Below are positions 1-13,131 of a DNA stretch of 64,000 nucleotides, in pieces (position 1 is the first letter of the stretch; every line of letters begins with the position of its first letter). The notes below the pieces were generated by a model. That model was not told where the DNA came from and ran no database searches. It saw nothing but the letters and a program-made list of their open reading frames with translations. Position numbers and translations under genes: made by a program. The stretch lies in sequence record MH494197.1. One strand, given 5' to 3'.

Positions 1-110
1 TTTTTCAAGTGTAGAGTATTTGTTACTTTCAAAGCGTTGAATATCAACACTTTCATCAAAAACATATTCTTTTCTAGGTGAGACTTCTCATTAATTTTGA
101 AAACTGACAT
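1..110 (-). CDS. nrdB: Ribonucleotide reductase class Ia beta subunit, N-terminus (runs off window)
   Basis: ATG at 110 reads roughly MSVFKINEKSHLEKNMFFDESVDIQRFE, an NrdB-like N-terminus directly downstream of nrdA. Confidence 0.8.
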   Translation of the reverse strand, partial: MSVFKINEKSHLEKNMFLMKVLIFNALKVTNTLHLK

Positions 111-160
111 ATATATTCCTTTATATTTGGAAAGATTAATCCGCCGAAGCGGATCTTTAA

Positions 161-2472
161 TTAGATCTTACAACTATCACAATCACCTTCATCTAAGTCA
201 GGTAGTGTAGGTAACACAAACTGTCCAGATTCTGGTTTTGCAGCTTCTTTTAGTACTTTCTCAACATCCACTTCATCAGAACCATCATTAGTATTATGAT
301 AGTACAGATTTTTCAAACCAACTTTGTATGCATACATTAGTTCAGTTAGTAGTGTTGACATTGGCAACTTACCATCAGGAAGTGTGCTGGATTGTAACTG
401 GTATTCACACTAATACTTTGGTCAATGTATTTCTGAAGAACACCACAGATTTGTAGATAACCGATGTTATCTTTCTGATCCCATAGTAAATCATATTTGT
501 TTTTCAACTTATTGATTTCAGGAACGACTTGTTTAAGAATACCATCTTTAGATAGTTTCTTAGTTACAAGTGAACGAGGTTTCTCAATACCATTAGTACT
601 GTTACTGATTTGTGCACTAGTTTCTGCTGGCATCAGTGCCATAGTTGTTGCGTTACGAATACCATATTGTTTGATATCCTGACGCAATGTTTCCCAATCT
701 TGTTTTAGTTCAGGAGATACCAACGCATCAATATCTTCTTTATAGGTATCAATTGGTAGAATACCTTTAGCATATTTTAGTGTGTCAAAACCTTCACACT
801 TACCTTTCTCTTTAGCAAGCTGTACAGAAGATTTAATTAGATAATAAGACCATGCTTCAGCCCACTCGTTAACTGTTTCCAATGCAGCTTCATTGTAACG
901 CAAACCACGTTTAGCAAGGAAGTATGCAAAGTTAATGATACCAACACCTAATGGGCGATACATTTTAGTTGCACGGTCAGCATGAACTACTGGGTAGTCT
1001 TGATAATCCAATAGAGAATCAAGAGCACGTACAGAAAGATCACATGCAGTTTCCATATCTTCTGGACGATCAAAGTTGCCCCAGTTGATTGCACTCAAAG
1101 TACATAGACTAATCAAACCTTCACCAGTATTAATATCATCAAATGGCACAGATGGTAGTGCGATTTCTTGACACAAGTTGGATTGTTCAATTGGTGCAAT
1201 TGATTCAATAAAGGTTGAGTGTGTGTTTGCATGGTCAATGTTTTGAATATAGATACGACCAGTTTCTGCACGCTCAGTCATTAGAGTACTGAATACTTCA
1301 ACAGCAGATACAGATTTTTACGAATGCTTGGGTCAGCTTCATACTTCTTGTATAGCTTTTCAAATTCTTTTGGTTAGAACAGAATGCTTCATATAGTCCG
1401 GAACTTCATTAGGACTAAAGAATGTAATATTCTTGCCATCAACTAAACGTTGATATAGTGTTTTGTTCACTTGGAAACAATAGTCAAGTTGTCGAACACG
1501 GTTGAACTCAGTGCCTTTGTTATTTTTCAGTACTACAAGATTGTCAAATTCCAAATGCCACAATGGGAAGTGGACGGTTGCTGCACCACCACGTACACCA
1601 CCTTGAGAGCAGCTTTTAACGGTCTTAGCAGTTGATGCAATGAAAGGAATCAAACCAGTGTGTACTGCATCACCTGAACGAATCTCGAGTCCAGAGCACG
1701 AATGCGGCCCATATTGATACCAAGTCCAGCTTTACGGGAAATATAACGTAGGATAGCGTGGTTAGAAGAACCAATACTATCTAGACTATCTCCAACGTTT
1801 AGTACTACACAAGAACTAAACTGACGTGTATTGGTACGTAGACCAGCCATGATAGGAGTCGGGAGACTGATATCAAAGTTACTAACAGCATCATAAAACT
1901 TCTTAACATAAGACATACGTACAGAGCGATCATACTCCATAAAGATGATTGCTGCAATGGTCATATATGCCATTTGTGGAGTTTCGTAGATTTTCTTAGT
2001 TACGCGATTCTTATATAGATACTTTCCTTCCCACTGACGCATAGCAACATAAGTGAATTTATCATCACGTTTATGTTTGATGTAACGTCCAAGCTCTTCA
2101 ATTTCTTGAAGTGTGTATTTCTCAAGAATTTCTGGATCATAGATTTTTGTATCTACCATTTCTTGTAGATGTGCAGTGTATTTGATAGGGTCATAGTCGC
2201 CATACACTTGCTTACGGATACTATAATTTAGTAAGCGACCAGCAACGTATTGGTAGTTTGGTGTATCTTCAGAAATAAGTTCTGCTGCTGATTTAATCAG
2301 AATATCATGAATAGTATTGGTTTCAATACCTTCAAAGAATTGAAGTTGTGCACGAATTTCAATTTCGGAAACAGATACACCACTCAGCCCTTCGGCAGCA
2401 AAAATAAAATTTGATGGATCTTATCCAAAGATAACGGTTCTTTTTTCCATTACGCTTGGTTACGTTAATCAT
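161..2472 (-). CDS. nrdA: Ribonucleotide reductase class Ia alpha subunit (merged across indels)
   Basis: N-terminal ATP cone MINVTKRNG; QFSSCV; YIQNIDHAN; QSNLCQEI; CTLSAINWG; MPAETSAQISNSTNGIE; C-terminal DCDSCKI. Confidence 0.97.
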
Positions 2473-2520
2473 GTGTCATCCTTGTTATTTTGTTTATACA
2501 GTTCTTAAATTTTGTGGAAG

Positions 2521-2540
2521 AAAAAGGCGGGACGCCTTTT
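2521..2540. terminator. Probable bidirectional intrinsic terminator
   Basis: AAAAAGGCG-GGA-CGCCTTTT. Confidence 0.7.
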
Positions 2541-3119
2541 AAGGTTTGTCCCACCCACGATATACAAATTCTATGTGGTATCCTGAATTTAAATAATCCG
2601 CATTAACTATGTCAAATTGCATATTTCCAGTACTTGAATCATAAACTGGATTACTAAACAGAATAGATAAAATTGCATCAGTACGACTTGTGTTATTCGA
2701 CTGTGCAATCATTGTTGAAGAACCAGCAGCAACAATTTGCACTGTACCTGATTCTAAAATAGTCTCATTGCTATTATACGCGATGTAGTCGATGAATACA
2801 CGACTTTCACTTTCAATAATAACTTCAACACTCTCTTGGTTTTGTGGAATGTCTACTTCAAATGGACGGTTGATGATTTTTGATACCGTTCTCCACGGTG
2901 AGAATTCGGTAATTATTTCCACGTTCTCTTTACCAGAGTTTGGATCAGTTTCCATGTACGCCCAGCAACTAAGCTTGCTGGGTCTGATGAGGAAGGTAGG
3001 CCGATGAATACACGACCCACATCAGTACTGAATCCTATCTGGCCTTTTTCCAACGCGTCTGGTAAGTCACGTTGCTTACCAGTTCTTACTTGCTGTAACG
3101 CAATTTGTTGTTGTGCCAT
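2539..3119 (-). CDS. Probable virion structural protein (merged fragments)
   Basis: LPDALEKGQIGFSTDVGRVFIG motif typical of myophage structural proteins; late-type TAAATA upstream near 3146. Confidence 0.5.
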
Positions 3120-3146
3120 AAAACTATCTCCTATAGTATTATAGGA

Positions 3147-3684
3147 TTATTTAGCGTTTTCTTTAACTTCAGCAATACGCTCATTGATTAGTTGAGATAC
3201 AACAGAGCTATCAACGGAAGAAAGAATTGATTCAGGAACTAGGGATTTCAAGTGTTTTACATAGTTTGCAACACTTTTAGTTCTTTGGTTTTAGTGCTTC
3301 TTTGATAATATCCAAATCTTCTTTTGAAGCTTCAACACGTTCAATAACAACAACGTCTTCTTCTTCAACAACAGGTGCTAGTTCTTCAGCGATTACTTGT
3401 ACTTCTTCAGATACTTTAATTTGTTCTTCAGTATCTACTACATATGATTCGATTACTTCTGGTGCAACATTACGAGATACTTCGTCAACACTAATATCTT
3501 CAGCAATTTTCTCTTTGATTACTTCTACTGGTTTTGCACCGCGAGATTTATAATCTTTAATATTAACTAAAAGTTTATTTGAAAGTTGTAGTTTGTCAAT
3601 TTCTTCATCACTTAGTTTGATTACTTCATCTAAGGAGTAGCCTTTACTTTCTAGTGCACGAATTGTATATAGGTCTTGTTTCAT
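3147..3684 (-). CDS. Hypothetical acidic protein
   Basis: MKQDLYTIRALESKG... with an E/V-rich low-complexity tail; end inferred across an indel. Confidence 0.6.
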
Positions 3685-3688
3685 TTGT

Positions 3689-4403
3689 TTATGCTGTTCC
3701 ATTTGATTCAATTTCTCCACGTAAAATATAGTATTGCTCAACTCTACCAATCCACATATCAACCGCATCTTTGAAGTCTTGTCCTTCAATAACGAATTCT
3801 TGATATTGTAAATTGTTAGGATCTTTTCTTACACAGATGAAAATTACACCACGCTCAATATTTGTTCCAAACATTTGATTATGCGATAGTGCATATGCAG
3901 CGATTTGCATACGGTAATTTTCGATATGTTCCCATGTCTTTAATTTACGGGAATTCTTATAGTCCATGATAGAAGGAATCCATCATGAACCCCAACTAAG
4001 TCAGTTGTTCCAGCCCATAATCCTTCATAGAATAAAGGAACTTCCTGACCCACACTTCATTGATTCTAGGCCATGCTTCTTCTTGAATTTTGTCAGCCAT
4101 TTTACGTGCCAGAACTCGTATCGGCATACCACCTTGGTGGTCAGGCTTTCCATCCAGACGATATTCTAAGTTCTCGTGCATAAAAGTACCAACAGTACAT
4201 GCTTCTAATGTAATCTCATTAGCTTTCTCTTCACCAACAAATTCTCTCCATTTTTCAACCCCTCATTGTCAGAGGTGGCACTAAGAATTGTTGTTACTGA
4301 CGGCAGATTCCTGTTGGAGTTGAATAAAGGCGACCTTCGGGGCCGCCTTCAATTCTTTGTAATCAACGTATGTATATCTGCTAACAATTGGTGGTGTGTA
4401 CAT
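3689..4403 (-). CDS. PD-(D/E)XK exonuclease of T4-like phages (merged)
   Basis: LPSVTTILS, GTFMHENLE, IMDYKNSRK, YRMQIAAYALSHNQMFG motifs. Confidence 0.85.
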
Positions 4404-4417
4404 CCGTGTACTCCTAA

Positions 4418-4774
4418 TTATAGCATCGTATTTTTGTTTGTCTCAGTTTTATTGCTTATTTGCTGCAACAGCAGCTTTTGTTGCCAATCTTCAACTTGGT
4501 CTTCAGAGTTCTGTTCAACTTCACCAGTACTTTCTGAATCATTACCAGTAAATGTTACAACATCCGAATTCGCATCTTGCACAAATGGCAAAGAGTTTAG
4601 AATATCCATCATAACATTATAAGGAACATCAATGTTGGTTCGCTTTTGATTTCAGCGATTAAAGATTGTAGGTTCACTTCTTCGCGACCCGATGATACTA
4701 AAGACAACGCAATAGTAGTAATCATATTGCGTATGTCTTTACCGAGCCTCTTCTGTAAGATCTTGAAATCTCAT
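4418..4774 (-). CDS. Hypothetical protein
   Basis: ATG at 4774 (MRFQDLTEE) joins ORF 4418-4612 across an indel. Confidence 0.55.
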
Positions 4775-4851
4775 TTAGATTCATCCTTAATTATTTTTAA
4801 CGTATCCTAGTACACGTTTAACTTTCTTCTCGTTCTCAGATAGCCAAGTTT

Positions 4852-5420
4852 TCATTTCTTCTTTGTTTTGAAGAATTTAGTACCTACAGTACCGCGAACA
4901 CTTTCCATCTTAATACCAATTTGAGTTGGTTTTACAGATTCTTTCATTTCACGTTCAGTTGGTACTGGCTCAGAAATAATATCTTCTTCGAAATCAGCAT
5001 CAGCACCCATGTCGAACGTTGGGGTGTCAGCAGCAATGTCGATATCAACATCTTCACTACCAATATCAGAAACTGCTGGACCATCAGTGATATCACCAGT
5101 TAGTTTTAAAGTTTCAGTACTGATTTTGTCTTTAACATCCATTAGAGTAGTAACTGCATGTTGAAGTAGGTGGCGAACGCTATCACTAAAGTTCTGTGCA
5201 GCATCAAGACCTTGTTCCGCTTTGATACGGTCAAGTAGTGGGCCTAGAACGTCAACGCCCATGTTGTTGATTACTTCAGACTGACGTTGTAGTTTGTCAA
5301 CGATTTCACCTTTAACAGAGAGAACGATTTCAGCTTTCTCAATATTAGATTCGTTCAATTTGATGAACTTCATTGCTTCAACACGTGAAGCAGATTCCAT
5401 TAGTTTTTGTAGTTAGACAT
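4852..5420 (-). CDS. Hypothetical, probably late/head-associated acidic protein
   Basis: 182-aa ORF with highly-expressed codon pattern; TAAATA near 5451. Confidence 0.65.
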
Positions 5421-5453
5421 TTGAATTTCCTTATAAAATATCACTAAATTTAT

Positions 5454-6130
5454 TTACTTTATATAACCTTCACTCTTTAGAAAGTTCAGTACACGCTCTT
5501 TGAGTTTGTATGCTTCAGCTTTCTTTTCAGCGATGATGATATCTAAATCTTTTGCTTCATCGTACTTCGACTCATTCAGAACACGTTGACGTTTCTGTGC
5601 AGCCTTCAATGCTTCGGTAATTACATTGGTGTATTGTAAACCGGAACTGATGATACCAAGAACTTTTGCATCTGTCAACATTCTTCCTTCGTTGAGAAGG
5701 TTTACTAGTGTTAGTGCAGCTTCATACATCATAATATTATTCATGATAACTTGAGAACTATGATTACATTTAACACTGTATACTTTTGTTGATTTAGTAC
5801 CTTGAATTTTTCTTCTACTAAACTCCAGTTAGTTTTAGGTTTAGCAGGTGCACGTTGTACAACAGGTTGTGCTGGTTGGTGACCAAGCATGTGTTCATTG
5901 TATGGGGCGTGGAATGGAACAACATGTGGATGAGCCTGTTCTGGATCAACACCATAATTCATACCAGCTTCATTTAATGATGTCAATATGTCGGTCATTG
6001 CACCGATATCACCACCTGACTTGTAAGGAACACCAGACGCATTATGGGTTGCACCAGCTTCAATGTCATTCAAACCGCTTAACAAATCAGCCATCTGATT
6101 AACTGATTGTTGATCGTACTCGTAATTCAT
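5454..6130 (-). CDS. Hypothetical protein (two ORF fragments merged)
   Basis: ORFs 5741-6130 and 5454-5744 overlap by a frame change. Confidence 0.6.
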
Positions 6131-6134
6131 TTAT

Positions 6135-7298
6135 TACTCCTAACAGTTGAATACTCTTCAGTACCGTCATCTTTCTCAACAATATTTAGGACTCCACGAG
6201 ATACCATTTTATCCGCTAGTTCCTGATAGTATTCGTTTACTTTTCAACTGGCACGGAACCTCGTGCCTTAATTTTCTGTAATAGTCTGTATTCTTCGTTG
6301 GAAACCATAGTGTTGTGACCATGAACATTAGGTACAGTTCTCATTATCGGCCTCGCATACGGTGACAGAAATCAATGATTTGATCTACCATCTCATCATT
6401 CTCTTGTTGTGCAGAGTTTGCTATTACACTTTCATCACCATAGATATCATCTTCTTTTCGATATCAGCGATTGCATGAATCATTTCACCCATACCGGTGC
6501 GTGTTGTGTTAGTGGAGATGGTGAATTTGGATTACCGTCTGGTTCCATACCGGCTCACCCATCACTTCACTATTAATTTCTTGTGGTGATTTCTCTTCAC
6601 GAATTGTAGTACTTTGATTTTGATTGTCAACTGGAGTTACATCATCCAAAGGAAAACATTCAATTCGTTTGGCTTAGTGCCACTTTTAGTTACTACTAAA
6701 GATTGCTGTGGGTTTTGTCCAGCATCGATACCAACAACAGGTTCAATTGAATCAGTACCGCTTTGATTCCGGGCTAACTTTAATGTTATTAGCATTACGT
6801 TGTAGTTCTGCTTGTTTAAGTTTAGCTTGGGTTTGTGGGTTCACTTGCTGTTGTTGCTGTGACACATTCATTTTAGCAATCTGTGTAGATTTTAATTGAT
6901 TTTCTGGATTTTCCAAATTAGAGGATAAATCTTCAAACACAATAGTTTTTAATTCTTGAATACTCAACTTAGAAACATCAGAGTATGTGAAGTTACTTTT
7001 GTATGCTTCAACTAAGTCTTTCATTGTCATAGAATCAACTGTCTTATGCCAATCAGAACTTTCAACAATATGTTTAGTTACATTGTCAGTACTGAAGTAT
7101 GAGAAACTTTCACTCATTTGTGCTTTGTACTTTTGTAGAATTTGAAAAATTTCACGGTTATCTGAATTATCCATAGCGGCATTTAGTGTAATGAAATCAC
7201 CCGCATCCATATTATCCAGTACAACAGAAACATCAACATTCAAATTATGTGCGTCAGCAAACTTCTGTAGCTCCGCTGCTGTTTGGTTTATATCCATA
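6135..7298 (-). CDS. Hypothetical protein with Q/P-rich linker (merged)
   Basis: MDINQTAAEL... readable to about 6135 with several indels; TAAATA near 7343. Confidence 0.55.
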
Positions 7299-7351
7299 AT
7301 TACTCCATATAAAATAAAAAGACCTCTGTCTTGCTTTATGATATTTATCAC

Positions 7352-7744
7352 AATTAAGAAAAGGTCTGTTTGCTGATGCTAATATTTGTATCATTACCTG
7401 TTGTGATAAATTTTGTAATTCTTTTACCATTTAATTCTGTAGGTAAAACTAATGGTATTCCATTCAAACGCAAATCAACATCCATTGGTATTGCGAATTT
7501 GAAAGTACTAAGAGTACATTTACCCCATGAAACTGGAAGATTATAGAAAGATGCATTGTTATCTTTATATAGATCTATTTCAGTTTTACTACACTTACCA
7601 TCATGGGATAATCATGTACCATAATAGCCTCCAACAATCTCGACAAATTCATAGCACCTGTGAACTTAGAATCGATGATTGTTGGAGTTTACCATCACCT
7701 ATATCTACAACAGTATTAATTGTGTAGAAAGTATATGGTTTCAT
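7352..7744 (-). CDS. Hypothetical protein
   Basis: ATG at 7744 (MKPYTFYTINTVVDIG); broken by indels so absent from the ORF track. Confidence 0.45.
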
Positions 7745-7911
7745 TCATTATCCTTATTTTTAGTCTCAACAACTTTATATCCAAAGAAATTTGTAGGAGG
7801 CATTCTTCGAAGTAATGGGTAATTTAATCCAGTACTGACTGATGCTACTGCACCTGCTGATGTTGCACCAGCAGAAGCATTTTCTTTTAGTTTAGTTTTC
7901 TTCTTCATATC
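7741..7911 (-). CDS. Small hypothetical protein
   Basis: MKKKTKLKENASAGATSAGAVASV... Confidence 0.55.
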   Translation of the reverse strand, partial: DMKKKTKLKENASAGATSAGAVASVSTGLNYPLLRRMPPTNFFGYKVVETKNKDNE

Positions 7912-8173
7912 AATTCCCTTTATTACGTTTTTCATCAAGTGCTATGTTCTCCAAGCCCTTCTGAAACTTTTTATAATCTCGGTTCTTAATACTAAGAAAT
8001 AAACGTTTCTTCAAATCTTCAGCATCAGTTTGGTTAAATTCATCTTCGATACTCTCCAATAAATGAATAACAGAGTTGATTGCATGATCTGCACGATTAC
8101 CAAAACTCTGTAACGTATCTTTCTCTGGTGTATAGTCAACTATACTATCAAGTAGATTCTTTTATTGGATTTA

Positions 8174-9698
8174 CTAGACATTCATTATTTCCTTTGATTT
8201 AACCATTGCTTCATTGCATTTACGATCAGTACCAATGTGAGGCTGTTGAGGCTGGGATTCAGTTTGTGTAGAAGTGATTGGATCACTATCTGTATTTAGT
8301 GTTACGCTTTCAACACTCGGTGTAGTGCTTGGTTTAGGAGCACCAGAAAGCGTATGACGCAGTGTTTGCATTGTACTTGGTGGCATTGCCATGTTACCAC
8401 CGCCGACCTTAGAGATGCCACTGTGACGGAATCCTGACCCATCAGTTTCGAATTGTTGGATTGTGGTTGCGTGGTCTAGTACACGAAGTGAGTCGATATC
8501 ATATGACATACGCAAACGTGAACCAACTGCACTACTGTTACGTGTTTTCTGGAAGTCAAACCAAAGTTCGCCAGTTTCTTTACGTGCTTCAATGTAGATA
8601 ACGTTATCCGCAGTATAGATTTTAGAAATACCACCAGCAATCTGACTTTGACTTTTCTTATCTTCATCCATACCACTACGGTTAAACTGTGACGCAGTGA
8701 ATACGGTCAAATCCATTTTGGTTGCTAGTGCACGCAATTCTTCAGATACAAATTTATCTTTTGTAAATGTATTAGATTTATCATTAGGACCAAGACGATT
8801 TGATGTTAATAGGTCAAGGTAGTCCACACAAACATAATCTAATTTGACTTCCATTTTAATTTGCAATTCACGAAGATAACTTTCAATATCATCAGTGGTT
8901 GTTACGGATTCTGGTAAACGTTTAATACGCAATATACCACTATCCTTGCCTTCCATTTGAACTCGTAGACCAATCTTTTCAGCTTCGTTCTTAACGTTAC
9001 TTAGCTTAGATTCAGTCATCATACCATAGATACGAACGGCTACCAACTCTTCTGCTAGTTCTAGTGAAATGTATGCACCATTCATACCAGCCTTAGCAAA
9101 GTTAACTGCTAAGTTCTGTAGTACTACTGATTTACCACCACCAGACGCTGCTGCAAAGATTTCAAGTTCACGGCGACCAAAACCACCGAATAGTTTATAG
9201 TCAAGGGTTTCCCATCCACTCTTGAATGAACCTTGCATCGTGCTCAATGAACGAATGGTATCTTCTGGATTTTCAAAGATATCAAGACCAACTCATTCTG
9301 TACAGATACTAACATAGCTTCACGAATGAGTTCTTCGATGCCACCATATTTTTCTGATGTACTAATTCCATACCTTTCTCTGCTAGAGCTAGAGCTTTGT
9401 GACGGCAAAACTCACTACAGGTATCCAGTACTGCCTGTTTATGAAGTTCTTGTACTTCATAATGATCATACTGATAACCACCTTTCACTTCGATATCTTT
9501 CAGTGTAGGGGATGAACTATATTTTGCTGCATAATCATGAACGTACTGAATACTTTCATGAAATGTTTTATCAAAATATTCTGGCTTTAGAATATTTTTA
9601 CAACGTACAAATAAATCTGGATTACTGAAAACTTGGGATAGTAAGTATTGTTGTGCATTAATCCCATACTGTTTGACGTCCACTGTGCTTTGAATCAT
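8174..9698 (-). CDS. gp41: Replicative DnaB-like helicase (T4 gp41-like, merged)
   Basis: Walker A AAASGGGKS; YISLELAEE; VCVDYLDLL; TASQFNR; IAGGISKIYTADNVI. Confidence 0.93.
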
Positions 9699-9724
9699 TT
9701 ATGTTCCCTCATTTATATCCTGTG

Positions 9725-10773
9725 TTACATCCACTTATCCGTTTGTGCTTTAATATAGAAAGGCTCGTCAACTATACTATCATGTATCAGTTGTAAACAA
9801 AATAATCTTCCAAATCTAGCACATGCTTCGTCAAAATCTTTAATGTGACGTATAGTACTTCCAACACGTACTGCCCCAAAATCTGGGAAAGAAACACTAA
9901 ATCCATATTCTAGTGCTTGTTCTATTGTTTGTAATCCATCCTTATCACGGTCAGGTACGATAACAATCTTTTTACCTTTTTCTTGTGCAGCTTTAAGTAC
10001 ATCTATTTGTACTGCTGACAATTTAAAGTTATTTGCAGAAACACCACCCATTAGTGCTGCATCCATTGGACCTTCACAAACTAATATAGTTTTAATTCGT
10101 TCATCTTGTAACAGATCATAATTATATAGAATATTAGTACTGACCTGATTAATAAAACGATAGGTACTTCCGGTCTTTAAGTTTGTGTCTAGCAGTATAT
10201 CCGATAATTTTACCGTTCATAACGTATGGTATGATAAATCGGTCATACATTTTATGTTCTTTAGCTGGACTCAATACAATTCTAAATCTAATAGATATGG
10301 ATTTCGCTCATTCACATGATTCAGAACACTAATAAATTCTTGTGGTATTTGCTCTTCTGGTAACGATGCCCATTCCCAGAATGTTTTTGAGTTCGGTGGT
10401 AATTCACGAACAGTTACACGTTGATATAGTTTAGATGCAGTAGTTTCTTGTTCTGCAAAGTCTCCACTATCAACCATTTCTTTAATGTAAAATTTAGCTA
10501 GTTCTATTTCCTTATCCTGTGCACCAAAGAAATGAGCAAAGACTCCATATCTTTGCTCATATATTTTCCAGTTGCCACCCAGTTTTTAGACTACAGTTAA
10601 AACAGTTATAAGAAACAGAACCATCTGCATTAAACATATGATTGCCGCGATTTTTAGTATCGGGGCGTGAATGACCACGGAACACACAAGCAGGACAATT
10701 GTGATGTGTCCACATACCAATTCGGTACTGGGTCATTCATGATTTGTGCCATGATGTTTTGTACAGCGTTCAT
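9725..10773 (-). CDS. gp61: DNA primase (gp61-like; Zn-binding N-terminus plus TOPRIM; merged)
   Basis: Cys/His-rich N-terminus, CFNC, LVCEGPMDAA, IVPDRDKDG. Confidence 0.85.
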
Positions 10774-10802
10774 AATTTAATCCTTGTTATTTCTCACAAA
10801 TG

Positions 10803-10830
10803 ATTATAGCACAAACACTTGTTTTGTCTC
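10803..10830 (-). promoter_or_regulatory. Promoter GAGACA-N16-TATAAT (TGn-extended) upstream of primase
   Basis: Minus strand GAGACA AAACAAGTGTTTGTGC TATAAT. Confidence 0.75.
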
Positions 10831-11799
10831 ACCTGCGAATCAAAATTTTAGGAACTGACAGTAGTGGGTCATAGACTTTTCTTACTGCCGCATAGTCATA
10901 AGGAACTGGAACGATCTTAGGATGAATACAAACAACCAATCGCAACCACATGTAATTACCTTTAAAATTAAATGCTTGAATCCCATCTAACGCTTTAGGG
11001 AATCCATTTTCATCAATATCATTTTCGATATATTCTTTACCATCCAATTTAACAATAAACCATTTATAGTTTTCGTTATCAGTTGGTACGTTATTACACA
11101 AACATCCTTGTAATTGAATTCTACCAATAAATTTATCAAAGTACATTGCAATAGTACTAAGACCATCAACTAATCCGTACTGCATTTGTGCAGGAAGGGA
11201 GATGTTGCCATTATATCAAATTCACCAATAACGCCACGAGCGATTGGTTCATGATAAAGCGTTTGATGGTAGTCCATGCTGGGTTTTATTAACAGATACT
11301 TCAATACTTGGCACAAACACAGGAGCAGCTTGGTCGGAAATGATCAATTCAGCAGAGGCTTCATAATCAAGACCAGTGTATAAGTACTGTGTAGGTTCAA
11401 TCAAGGAACCATCCATTGTTACTTTAGTAATACTCCATCTATATTTTGAACGGGACTAGTATCCTGAATTACACCAGCAGGAACAATACATCCATAATAT
11501 ACTTTTTACTATTACCTAATGTTTGTCTTGCTTGTCCACTTTCTGATAGCCATGATGGTTTTGTTTATCCAGAACTACATCGAATAATTTAGTATTGTTT
11601 CTAGCATCAAAAATCATGAATGTTAGATATTCGTTATCTTTTAGTAATGTATATTTTCCATCAGCATTATGCACAGTGAATGATAAATTGTTATTTGCAC
11701 CTCTGTATATTGTAAGTTTCTCATTGCTGTATGGCATATTAAAATTGCCCAATGATACTTCTTGGTTATAAGGGTACATAAACACGCCGTGATGAGCCA
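10829..11799 (-). CDS. Probable virion structural protein (merged)
   Basis: MAHHGVFMYPYNQ...LTIYRGANNNLSFTVHNADGK readable through to KGNYMWLRLV; late promoter at about 11840. Confidence 0.55.
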
Positions 11800-11811
11800 T
11801 AGTTTTTCCTT

Positions 11812-11850
11812 CCATAAATAATAGGTATAAATTTATACTAATATTTATGG
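11812..11850. promoter_or_regulatory. Back-to-back late promoters (inverted ATAAATA)
   Basis: CCATAAATA...TATTTATGG inverted repeat between divergent genes. Confidence 0.6.
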
Positions 11851-11857
11851 AACTCAT

Positions 11858-12210
11858 ATGAATCAATATAATACTATTCCACCATTTATCACGGTAGTTC
11901 AGTGTGATGGTAAAACTTTCATTGGTATTATCAAGATAAAAAGTAAACAGTATACTACTCTTTACTGCTTTGATGATATGGATGAACCAATGCAAGATGA
12001 ATTGTTGGGTATAGCACATGATTGGTGGTGGCAAAGCAACAGGTCAATTCCAGTCTGTCTATTCTTCCAAGAAGAGATGGAGAAATTTGAACCTTACACA
12101 CAGAGATTCGATACCTGCGGTGAATTTCGTTTGTGGTCCAGTAGTTTCTTTATGATTTGCCACAAAACGCATCAAGCGTCGTAATGTGGCTCTTAAGAAG
12201 AAGTAAGATG
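11858..12210 (+). CDS. Hypothetical protein
   Basis: 108-aa ORF (HDWWWQSNRSIP) downstream of ATAAATA; end approximate. Confidence 0.65.
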
Positions 12211-12825
12211 TTCAACTAAAGCGTTAAGTTGAACTACAATCATTAAGCTGTATGCATACGCATGTGGCTTTTTGAAATATCGTAACTTATTTCCTGCTTG
12301 GTCTGTGCCAATAGTACTGTAATCCCATATAGTGGATTCAACTTCACTCCATGTATTCATACTTTGGCACTGCCTTTTCAGACGAATCATTGCAATAAAC
12401 ATTGCAAGTTCATCAATGGATTTAGGTTTCCACACATTTAATAATGTAACGTGTTTTTAATCTGTGAAAGATGTTCAACTATTTCTGGTTCTAACAGAAG
12501 ATCCCAATTAGGTTCCTGATTCATTAGTTCTTTTAAATGTGCTCTATCACGAACATACTGGTAAGCCGATTGTGACAGGATATCTACCTTTTGATATCCC
12601 AAGCGTTCGGCTTCTTTATATTGTATGCTGGCTAAACCAGTGATAGGGTCAATTGGTATATTATCAAAATGAACACCACTGTTATGGGGATTAAACCATC
12701 CTCCGTAATTTTTCTGTACTTCGCACACAAGGAAGCTGTGCAATCACTGACTTACTATCTTTAAAGTCAATGTCGATATCTGTTCGTGCTTTACGGTACG
12801 AATTAGAATTTGTCGAATCCTGCAT
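12193..12825 (-). CDS. Miniature DNA polymerase III alpha (DnaE)-like catalytic-core protein, about 210 aa (merged)
   Basis: DIDIDF, HNSGV, KVDIL, AMIRP, YFKKPHAYAY correspond in order to DnaE PDIDxDF, HAAG, KxDxLG, ALxRPG, FNKSHAxAY. Confidence 0.8.
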
Positions 12826-13131
12826 TTTTGATTTGCTCCTGCAATTTGTTTACAGTGTTAGATAATTTGGTTACCTGATTTTCTAACATTGTACACTTTG
12901 TTTGGTCTTTGACAACTCTTGACTTAGACCAAAGAATCTTTCCTCATGTCTTTCAACCATACTGATAATTTTTTCTACACGAACAGGATCGTGCACCTGA
13001 AAGGTTTTACCATCAAGTGTAATTTCAGTTATAGAACCCTGTCTAAGCAATGATAAAGATTTAGATTTATCTGCTTTTGGCACAGGTACATACCCTTCTG
13101 GTATTTTATTATATATACTTTTTCCATTCAT
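12803..13131 (-). CDS. Hypothetical protein with C-terminal coiled coil
   Basis: ORF 12883-13131 extends across an indel to ...QIKNAGFDKF. Confidence 0.6.

Noticed and set aside
4329-4348. GC-rich hairpin GGCGACC-TTCG-GGGCCGCC
   Set aside because: Inside the exonuclease coding sequence (EGGPEGR), imperfect, and without a clear U tract
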